A stretch of 64,000 nucleotides of DNA from Anaeramoeba ignava BMAN (Eukaryota > Protista > Anaeramoebae): positions 868,001-932,000 of the forward strand of contig JAPDFW010000136.1 in NCBI GenBank assembly GCA_028826165.1, in the 5' to 3' direction. The notes beneath the pieces are model-generated. The model saw nothing but the letters and a program-made list of their open reading frames with translations, was not told where the DNA came from and made no database searches. This document shows, piece by piece, positions 46,878 to 58,066 of the stretch. Positions within the stretch are counted from its first letter, which is position 1; each line of letters opens with the position of its first letter. Position numbers and translations under genes: made by a program.

Positions 46878-49121
46878 TTAATTTAAATCTTCTAAAATTA
46901 AATCAATTATGGAATTTTGATTTAATTGATAAAAATCTTTTAAATCTTTAAATTCTTCTTTTTTAATTTCTTTTTCTTTATCAAATTCATCATGATAAAA
47001 GAAATGGATTAATTGTTGAATTGTTTCATTTGATTTTTTTGAATAATCATGAACTTGATTTGATGAATCTTGAACATTTAAAAACATTCCTTTAAATAAT
47101 TCACTTCTTAATATTAATATTAATTTATGAACTTTAATTTCTTTTTCTTCTGAAATAATAATTGTAAAATCTTTATTTTGATTTTCTTGATATAATTTAT
47201 GTAAATCTTCTAATATTCCTTTTCTTCCTTTTTTAGATTCAATCCAATTTGATTCAATTCCAATTTCTTTGAAAAATTCTTTTAGTTTATCTTCTTTTTT
47301 TTGGATATCTGTAATTTTTTCAATTTGTGGTTTAGTTTTTTGATCATATGAAAAATAATCGAAAAAATCAAAAATTGGTTTTCTGGATTTTCTTTGGATT
47401 TCATTTTTTCGCATATTTTGATTTAACTGTTGAATAAATTCTTTAAAATCAGGAAATCCAGTATAAATGAAGTTTAAAGCAATTTCAACATATTTTTTTG
47501 ATTTTTGAGAACAAATATTGATAAATTTTTGTAAAATTGTTTCATTATTATCAAATCTTGTTAATAAAATTAATTTATGAACTTTAAATTTAAAAGAGTT
47601 GTTTGATTGAATTGTTAAATCTGAAAAATTATCATTTGATTTTAATAAATTATTTAAATCATCATTGATTGAATAAACGTGAATAAATACATTAACAAAT
47701 TTTTCTGTAATTACATCTTTTTTTAAATTAATATTTGCGTGATTGATTAATAAAAGTTGAATTTTGTTGATATCACCGTTTTTGATTGAATATGAAAGAG
47801 GAGTTTCTTGATAATAATTCTGAGCATTAACATCAGCTCCATTTCGGATAAGTAGCTTGATTACTTCAATGTTATCATTATAGCAAGCCAAATGTAAAGC
47901 TGTTTCATTTTGGTTGTTTTTGGCATTAATATCAATTCCGTTGTCAATCAAGTATTTGACAACTTGATTTGAGCATTGCTTGTTTTGGACGACCAAATGC
48001 AAAGCTGTTCTGTTTCCAGCAGTTTTTGCATGAATATCAACTCCTTGAGAAATGAGGTATTGGATAACTTCGACTGTATTGTTTTGGCAAGCGATATGCA
48101 AGACTGTTTGATTTTCATTTATTGCTGCATTGATATCAGCTCCTTTTGAAAGTAAGTAATGGATAACTTCAACTGTATTATTTTGGCAAGCAAAATGCAA
48201 AATGGTTTCGTTTCCATATTTGGTTTTGGAATTCATATCCACTCCCTTTTCAATCAAATACTGGATCACTTCAAGTGAATTACTTTTGCAAGCATAATGC
48301 AAAATGGTTTGATTATCTTTTGTTTTTTCGTGAATATCAAGACCTAATGAGATGAGAAAATCAATCACTTTGACTGAGTTATTTTGGCAAGCAAAATGCA
48401 ATGCTGTTTGGTCTTCAGATGTTTTCCCGTTGATATATGCACCTTTATTAATGAGATATTTGATGACATCGATTGAACCATTTTGACAAGCAAATTGGAA
48501 AGGTGATTGAATCCATGCAATGCTTGGATTGATATCAGCACCTTTTGAAAGCAAGAATTTGATCAATGGGAATGAATTATTTTGACAGGCAATATGTAAA
48601 GGTGTTTTATTTTCTTTTGTTTTTGCATTCACATTTGCTCCTTTTTCAACTAACAAACTAATTAATCGAAGTGGTTGATTTTTAATGCAGGCAATATGCA
48701 AAATTGTTTCTCCACTCGATATTTTTGTTGAGTTTGTATTAAATCCTTGTGAAATCAAATACTCAATCACCTCAAGTTTTTTCTCACTTTTCAAATGATT
48801 CATTGAATAATCAAATGCTTCATAATTATTTTTTTCATTTGGAGAAAATTTCAAAATTTGCTTAATTAAATATTTGATAACTTCAATTTCTGAATCCTTT
48901 ATAATTGCATAATGCAGAGAATTCCGTTTTGATTTATCAACTGATTTTGGATTGACTCCTTTTGAAATGAGTAATTTGATCATTTCTTTTGAAGAGTTAT
49001 TTTCAATTGCAAAATGTAAAATGGGTTGTTCTTCACTTTCTTCAATTTCAATTTGTGGAATAAATTCAATTTCTTTAAGCCATTCAATATCATTTTCTTC
49101 AATAACTTGATAAATTTCCAT
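46878..49121 (-). CDS. ANK-BTB-BTB copy 11, intact; likely start MEIYQVIEEN at 49121
   Basis: About 13 ankyrin repeats and two BTB domains; N-terminus resembles copy 6 (MNFIYKIIEENN). Confidence 0.88.
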   Translation of the reverse strand: MEIYQVIEENDIEWLKEIEFIPQIEIEESEEQPILHFAIENNSSKEMIKLLISKGVNPKSVDKSKRNSLHYAIIKDSEIEVIKYLIKQILKFSPNEKNNYEAFDYSMNHLKSEKKLEVIEYLISQGFNTNSTKISSGETILHIACIKNQPLRLISLLVEKGANVNAKTKENKTPLHIACQNNSFPLIKFLLSKGADINPSIAWIQSPFQFACQNGSIDVIKYLINKGAYINGKTSEDQTALHFACQNNSVKVIDFLISLGLDIHEKTKDNQTILHYACKSNSLEVIQYLIEKGVDMNSKTKYGNETILHFACQNNTVEVIHYLLSKGADINAAINENQTVLHIACQNNTVEVIQYLISQGVDIHAKTAGNRTALHLVVQNKQCSNQVVKYLIDNGIDINAKNNQNETALHLACYNDNIEVIKLLIRNGADVNAQNYYQETPLSYSIKNGDINKIQLLLINHANINLKKDVITEKFVNVFIHVYSINDDLNNLLKSNDNFSDLTIQSNNSFKFKVHKLILLTRFDNNETILQKFINICSQKSKKYVEIALNFIYTGFPDFKEFIQQLNQNMRKNEIQRKSRKPIFDFFDYFSYDQKTKPQIEKITDIQKKEDKLKEFFKEIGIESNWIESKKGRKGILEDLHKLYQENQNKDFTIIISEEKEIKVHKLILILRSELFKGMFLNVQDSSNQVHDYSKKSNETIQQLIHFFYHDEFDKEKEIKKEEFKDLKDFYQLNQNSIIDLILEDLN

Positions 49122-49239
49122 TTCATAAAAAAAATAATTTTTGTTTTTGAAAAGAAAAGAAAAGAAAAGAAGAAAAAAAATGAAAAAAAGAGAAAAGAAT
49201 TTTTTAATGTTAAATTTTGATGTTAAAAAAATTTTTGAA

Positions 49240-52200
49240 TTAAACGAAATAAGTTTGTCCTTGGTTTTCATATTTCAATTCCATCAATAAATCAAGTTGT
49301 TCTTTTGATAATTTAGATTGTAAAAATTTCATTTCATGAGTTTTAAAGAATTCATTAAAAGCATCTTTAATAACGTTTTGGATTTCTTGATGATTCCAAG
49401 TAAGATCAGATAATTCAGTAAGAGCATCGAGTTGTTGTTGGTTAATAGAATAAGGATCGCGGAGAACAATAGCGGAAAGAAATATTGAATAGCCATGTGC
49501 GAGTCTAAGAATTTGAGGATCTTTGATAAAACGAACTCGGATCTTTTTATGAACGTTGTTTGTCAATTTGCAGAATTCTGTTTTGAGATCTTTGATGTTA
49601 TTTAAGTCGTAAAGTCGCAATAATCCAGAGAGTGTGGTTCCTGCAAGGATACGCACTTCCCGTTGAGAATCAACGAGAAAATTAAGGATCAATTTGATCA
49701 CTTCTTGGAATGTTTTTTGCGAAATGATGAAGAAATGGTTGAATGTGAAGACCTGAACAAAGGAAAGTGCGGCTATTTTGATGTGGTAATCGTCATAAGT
49801 AGCAACTGTTGAAATGACTGTATTCAATATTGATTCTGCAGTCTGAGAAATACCGTCAACAAATGGCGAAACAAAAGAACTTGTTGAGATCAATTGAAGC
49901 GTTATTTTCGCGGTAGAAACAAGATCGGGCTGTGAACCAAATCGCCGATCAAGAACCGCGAAGACAAAAGGAATAAGCTTGTTTATGAATGGCAGAACTG
50001 AGATTTGGTAGTGATAACCGTTCCAAAAAACAAGAGAAAGCCAAGTCATAATTGTTTCGAAATAATCAAGTGCAATTGCTAATTTCTTTTGTTCTTCGCT
50101 CATTTCAGATTTGACAGCTGTTTCCGTTAATTTGGAAGAATTTTTTGGATCATTTTGATTTTGATTTTGATTTTGATTTTGATTTTGATTTTGATTTTGA
50201 TTTTGATTTTGATTTTGATTTTGATTTTGATTTTGATTTTGATTTTGATTTTGATTTCGATTTTGATTTTGATTTTGATTTTGATTTTCATCTTGTGTTT
50301 TTTTGGATTCTGATTCTTGAAACACAAATTTTTCTTGCAGAAGCAATTTCTCGAGAATGGAATCGATAAACCACTGGAAATCTGGAGAAAGTTGAACAGA
50401 AAAAAGAAGACTTGGCTCGCGATTCTTGTTGCGTGGAACTTGAGAAGCAATGGAAAAAAGAACAAGAAGACAATCAGAGATGACAGAACGAACGCTTCTT
50501 GAAGGATGAAATAAATGCTTATCGACAAATCGAGCGAATTGAAGAGCCAAAGCAGGAGCTTTCCAAGAAACTTCCATCAGGAATTTGCGGATGTAAGATA
50601 GACGTTTTGTCATTACAATGCTTCCTTCATCTTCAGAGTTGAGATTTGAAAAAAGAATATCAATGAGACGAATCAATCTTCGCGGATCAAGATCAAACGA
50701 CATGAATTGGATTGCATCAGCAAAGGCAATAAAAACATCGAGATTTGGAACGAAAAGAGCTTGTTGAAGAAGCGGACCGACAAGTTTCCAAAGGGATTCT
50801 GTCTCTTCGAAATTGAAGTGTTTTGCACCTCTAACAAGTCCACTTAAAATTTCAATTGCGGTTACAACTGAGGCGTTATTTTCCCGATTTCGAAGTAAAT
50901 TTTCTGTTTCCGAGATGGCAACTTCTGCGAAAGGAAGTCTTAAAATTTGTGTGAAACCCTTAATGAGTTGTGCGATATGAATACGGAATTCCTCCTCACC
51001 GAAAACTTGAGAAGTTGCTAGATGACTGAAAAGTGGGGAAAGAAATTGCTTGTCAGAAATGACAGCTAGGAAAAAATTATGATCAAGAGAAGGATCATGA
51101 GTTGGTTGGATCGAATAATCGTATTGGAACGAGAAACGGGAATGCGGGGCAAGATCGCCATTCCAACCTATCCATGCCTTATCATGGAAACGAGTACCAA
51201 GCCATGTTGTAGGATCTTTTGGATACTGAGACAAATCAAGCTTTGTGATATCAGAGTATATTGTGAATTGTGTTGGATCGTAATTGAGAGGTTTTCGGGT
51301 AATTTTGGGTTTGAAAAGCGCAGTGACAACACCGAGAGCTTCGATGCCTGCGTCTCTAGCGCTGACAATATCTGAATTTATTCTGTCAATGAAAAAGTGC
51401 CAATGCTTGGAACTTGGCTTGCTGTCTTTTCGAGAAAGGAGAAGAAGACTGATTGTGATCATGTGGATGTATTTCCAGTTGAGTTGTTTTTGGGTCGTTT
51501 TTGTGTGGAGAAGTTGCAAAAGAGAAGATTGTTTTTTGAGCTTTTCTGAGCGAATGACAGTTTCTGTTTGCTGGTTAATTGCCTGGCGTGAGAGGTCGTG
51601 GGTTGAGTCTTCGCTCTCGATCATCATGTCTTCGTCCTTATCACTCGAAAGTTCTTTGCGCAAATTTGAAGAAAGTTGTGACTCGAGCGGATTTGTTTTG
51701 ATCATTTTGAGTAAAGCTCGAACAAGTTGGTCGTAGATCTTCCCGTTGTGAGCATTGCTTTCTTTGTGCATGAGATCAGCTTTGTCAAACAGCTCCTTTG
51801 GTACCGTTGGGAACATATCAAGCAGCTCTTTGTTTTCTGGGCGGCGCATTATGTCTGAGTGTTTGTGCATGAAAGGAGCGTGATAGAAGTAGGTGATGAA
51901 GTTGTCAAAAACTTCGCTTATTTTTTCCTGTATTTGTTCTTTATTGTTGAAACTTGAACTACAAATTGAGATGATAAAACGAGAAAAAAATGCCCAATTC
52001 TTGATAATCTTCCCCAGAATTGAGGAATCGGAAAGAATGGAAACAGCGCCTTTTATTGCATCAGTTTTTGCTTTTTGGTCTGATAAAATATCAATAAAAT
52101 CAGGCAAAATATGATGAGTTGAAACTGGGAAATTTGAGAATAATTTTAGCATCACAGGATGGATCTTAAGTCGGACATTCTCGTATTGATGTGTGCACAA

Positions 52201-55200
52201 CTTGAAGATATCCTCGACAAGAAGAGCAAGAGGTTTTGTGTATTTGATGTTTCTGATGATATTGTTTGTGCGAAAGATGTGCTGTGTGTGCGATCTCTCA
52301 ACCATAAAATAGCGAGGATGACACTTTTCAGAAGAAATTTGGTTTGAAAAATACTTCTCACTTCTGTAACTGATTTTTCTATTAACTAATTGGGCCACGC
52401 TTAGTCCTCGAATGTTAAGAAGAGGATGCAAAATTTTGACAATCGAAATCATCACTGAGGATTCTTCATTGAGTTGTTCAAACACACGACCACAGAAAAT
52501 ATGCATTGCCTCCATTGTTCGTAATCGCCATTGGTTCTGTGGATAGTTTGCTCCACGACCGCACTTGACTGGAGGTTTTTTCCAGTTAATTATGGAGGGA
52601 TGAACCGATGATCTTTTGACAGGAAAAATTTCCGCTTTGATTTCGCTCATGTATTTTGTCGATCCCTTAACTGCATTCCTCAGAAGTGATAGCATCTTCA
52701 ACAACTCAGCTTTGTTGTTGATTATTTTATCTGTGCTAATTTCCTCAAGAGTGGGTTCGAGAAACATCGAAAGAAGCTCTTCTGCAAATTCGAATTCTTC
52801 CTTGCTCGGGACATGCCAATTAACTTCCAGATTCTCGACCCAGTTTGTATCAATAACTCCCCATAATTTCCAGTGGTTCAGACGATATTGCGGATCTTTC
52901 CATACGCTTGGAGGCACTGATCGCTTTTCAAGCGGGTAATGTGTTGTTAAAGATTTGAGAACATTTCTGATTATTTTTCCGGCCATTTTATATATTTTTT
53001 TTGAAGAGTGATTTGAATATTGTTTGATTATCAAAATGATTTCTTTTCGGAACGGCAATAACGATAATCCGTTGGTTGACATTATTGAAGCGAATATTTT
53101 AAGGAACCATATCAATTCTGTTTCAGAAAGGGTTTTAGGGATATAAAGAAAAGAATCGAATTCAATTTCTTTTTCTTTTTCTTTTTTAATTTTAATTTCT
53201 TCTTCTTTTTTAATTTTAATTTCTTCTTCTTTCTTCTCAATTTTCGTCTGATCAAACAATTTATTGAAAAGCATAGGCACAAACTGAGAGAGCACAATCT
53301 CAGGTTGCGCCTGACTTGCAGATGTGCAAATATATCCGATCTGCTTGACGGTTGAGACAATCAGAGAATCTTCTATAAATTTGCGCAATTTTTCAAGAAC
53401 AATTTTAAAAAGCGGCACAGAACATTGTTGGAGCATCACATTGCAAGTGAGCTGCAACTGAGAAGGGCTCACTGATGTTGTGAATCGTTTTTTCTGTGTG
53501 GTGTTGGGGACAAGATACTGCAGAATCTGGAGAATCTTCTCAAAAAAACGTGCGAGCCAATCAGCAAATCCCGATGTTGTTCGTTGGAAAATTTCCTTTG
53601 CAGAAGGTAATCCAAGATGCTGAAGATCAGGGTTGCTCCGCAAAAATTCCTGTTTGGATATGATCTGCATTTCTTGGTATTTTCCATTGGGGTATTTGCT
53701 GTCGTCCTCATTGAGCCATTTCTCATAAACTTCTCGATCCACTATGTCATCATGACTGGGATCAATCAAAGGAACGCAAGTAAAGAGATTGCGGTAGAAA
53801 AGCAGCGCCAAAAACGTCTTGGGAATGTCATTAAGATCGATTCCGTTGAGCGTCAACTCAAGAAGGTCTTGTAAATAAAGCAATCCATAAGAAGGCCCTT
53901 TTTCCCCAATTCGTACCTTCAAGGAAAAAAGCGAAATTGCAATTGATCCAAGTAAATTAAACGCTGCTTGTGTTTGGTGAATTTCCGTTATTGTTGCCAA
54001 GCCCATATGCGTTATATCCATGATTTTTGGAACAATCAAAATCGGGCTTATTGGCAAGATCTTCAAACAAGCCAATCCAGAAAAAGTCATGATCAACTGG
54101 CTTTTCGAGTAAATCATCTGCTGCAATAAATGTATGATAACTCCGTTGAGCTCGTCGCATTCCTCTTGCGTTAGAAAATCCTCTTTCTCAAGCTCCTGAA
54201 ACCTTGAAATATATTCTTTTTCTTCGTCCGAAATTTCCGTTTTTTTTTGGATCTTCTCAATTTCCATTTTTTTGTTATGAAGATCAAGTTTCCTTTTATT
54301 CAAGCATTCCGCCATGAAATACAAAATGCCAACAAGCGACACACTCCACTCTCCTGTGCTTGAAGGATGGAAATACGGCTCAAGAAAGGTCATCAACTTT
54401 CTGAAATGTTCTTTTGTTTTTTTCGACCAAGAATAAACAAGAATTACTGCTAATCCTCTTTCTTTCCACAGCAAATCGTTTCCTTGTTCCGGATACAGAA
54501 TCCTTGCAATCATTGGTGATTGATGTTGTTTTGAGCGGATTTGATTTTCACTTCCAAGTGGTACGTTGATTATTGATATTGCTTTAGAAAAAAAGAATGG
54601 TAAATATTCTTGTATTTTTTGATCAACTTGTTTTCGAATAACTGATAATGATTCAAATGAATCTTGAATCAATCGCGAGTATAATCCAAAGAAAACACCA
54701 TCCCAATCTCCGACGTTATCTTTTTTTTTTCAGGAATAAATTAAATCAAATTAAATTAAATCAAATATTAAATTAAATATTAAATTAAATATTAAATTAA
54801 ATTAAATTAAATTAAATATTAAATATTAAATTAAATATTAAATTAAATATTAAATATTAAATTAAATATTAAATTAAATATTAAATATTAAATTAAATAT
54901 TAAATTAAATATTAAATATTAAATTAAATATTAAATCAAATTAAATATTAAATTAAATATTAAATTAAATATTAAATTAAATATTAAATTAAATTAAATA
55001 TTAAATCAAATTAAATATTAAATTAAATATTAAATTAAAATTAAATATTAAATCAAATTAAATATTAAATTAAAATTAAATATTAAATATTAAATTAAAT
55101 ATTAAATATTAAAATTAAAAATTAAATATTAAATTAAAAATTAAATATTAAATTAAATATTAAATTAAATATTAAATTAAATTAAATATTAAATCAAATT

Positions 55201-57396
55201 AAATATTAAATCAAATCAAATTAAATTAAATATTAAATTAAATATTAAATTAAATATTAAATTAAATATTAAATTAAATATTAAATCAAAATTAAATATT
55301 AAATTAAATTAAATTAAATTAAAATATTAAATTAAATTAAATTAAAATTAAATATTAAATTAAATTAAATTAAATTAAATTTAAATATCTTTCTACCTTC
55401 CCAATCCCAAACAGATAATAAATAATCAAACCAAATTGGGAAATTTTTTAAATTCCATGTTGGTAAAAATAAACATAAAAATCCTTGCCCAATCATTAAA
55501 CTAGAATCATGAATACAAAGCATTGGCTTAAATTCTTCAAGTATTTCTTTTGTTGATGATTCTGGAAAAAATTTTCTTGCATTTTCTACAAAAGAAATTA
55601 ATGGAATTCCTATTCCTTTATCATTTTCTTCTGCTCGTGTTTTTTGAAATGAATCTTCAACTATTAAATTATATAATTCTCTCCAAGAAATTTTAAGTTC
55701 TTTAACTAATTTTTCTGGATTTTTCTTTATTAATCGATTCAACATTGCAATAATTCCTTGTGCAAGATGTGAATCAATATCTGGTACTTTTAAAAATTCA
55801 ATAAGTAATCTTATAATATTTGATTGCTCCTTTTCTGGTGGTCGATATCCAAAACTTAAATATCTATTTCAATTTAATTTTAAAATAAAACATAAATAAA
55901 AATGTAAATATAAATATAAATATAAATATAAATATAAATATAAATATAAATATAATTATAAATATCAATATAAATATAATTATAAATATAATTATAAATA
56001 TAAATATAAATATAATTGTAATTATAAATATAAATATAAATATAATTATAATTATATAAAATAAAAATATAAATATAAAATATAAATTATATATAAATAT
56101 AATTATAAATATAAATATAAATATAAATATAAATATAATTATAAATATAAATATAAATATAAATATAAATATAAAATATAAATATAAATTAAATATAAAT
56201 ATAAATATAAAATAAAAATATAATTATAAATATAAATATAAAATATAAATATAAATATAAAATAAATAAATATAAATATATAAAATAAATAAATAAACAT
56301 AAAAAATATAAAAATATAAATATAAATATAAATATAAATATAAATAAATAAATATAAACATAAAAATATAAATATAAAAAAATATAAATATAAATATAAA
56401 TATTTCCAATCGCAAATATATAAACATAAACATAAATATAAATATAAATTGTGTTATAAATATAAATATAAATTATAAATATAAATATAAATATAAATAT
56501 AAATATAAAATTTTAAATATAAATATAAAAATATAAATATTTTAAAAATATAAATATAAATATAAATATAAATATAAATATAAATATAAATTAAAAATAT
56601 AAATATAAATATAAATATAAATATAAATATAAATAAAAATATAAATAAAAATAAAAATATAAATATAAATATAAATATAAATATAAATATAAATATAAAT
56701 TATAAATATAAATATAAATATAAATATAAATATAAATATAAAATATATAAATATAAATATAAATATAAAATATAAAAATATAAATATAAATAAATATAAA
56801 TATAAAATATAAATATAAATATAAATATAAATATAAATATAAATATAAATATAAATATAAATATAAATATAAATATAAATATAAATATAAATATAAATAT
56901 TAATATAAATATAAATATAAATATAAATATAAATATAAATATAAATATAAATATAAATATAAATATAAATATAAATATAATATAAATATAAATATAAATT
57001 ATAAATATAAATATAAAATATAAATATAAATATAAATATAAATATAAATATAAATATAAATATAAATATAAATATAAATATAAATATAAATATAAATATA
57101 AATATAAATATAAATATAAATATAAATATAAATATAAATATAAATATAAATATAAATATTATTATAAATTTTATTATAAATTTTATTATAAATTGGTTGT
57201 AAATAAAAAAAGGAAAAAAATTTTAAAGAATAAAATAAATATTTTACTTTGATAAGCATGAAATTACACTTGAAGAACCTTTTGGATTATCTTGTAAACA
57301 AAATGCTTGAATTAATCCTAATTTAATATGTTCTAATAATTTATCTTCTTCATCTTTAATTTGTTCATAATAAGGAAGTTGTTTATTATATTGCAT
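49240..57396 (-). CDS. PSME4: Proteasome activator PA200/Blm10, 3 exons
   Basis: Exons 57396-57248, 55863-55397 and 54719-49240. Motifs [57 protein letters not shown] and [18 protein letters not shown]; C-terminus TYFV. Confidence 0.93.
54720..55396. repeat. (ATTAAATATTAA)-type satellite filling PA200 intron 2
   Basis: Seen directly between donor 55396 and acceptor 54720. Confidence 0.85.
55864..57247. repeat. (AAATAT)n microsatellite filling PA200 intron 1
   Basis: Seen directly. Confidence 0.9.
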
Positions 57397-57505
57397 TTTT
57401 TATTTTAAAAAGAGAAAAGAGAAAAGGAAACAAAAAATGAAAAATGAAAAATGATTTTAAAATTTTTTTTTTGCTTTTTTTTTATTTTTCCTTTTTAAAA
57501 TAAAT

Positions 57506-57940
<435 letters not shown>

Positions 57941-58066
57941 AAATTAAAATGAATTCTTTTTTGTGTTTTTATTTGATTTGAATTTAATTGAAAAAAAAAA
58001 TGGAATTTGGAATTTAAATTATTTTGCTTATTTTCTGTTTTTGTTTTTGTTTTTGTTTTTGTTGAT

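Noticed and set aside
49122-49271. N-terminal extension of ANK-BTB copy 11 overlapping the PA200 stop
   Set aside because: T-rich intergenic sequence read in frame; ATG 49121 matches the leader of copy 6.
50127-54160. Many short alternative-frame and antisense ORFs within PA200 (also within ChAP and Vnx1)
   Set aside because: By-products of GC-richer coding sequence; no recognisable domains.
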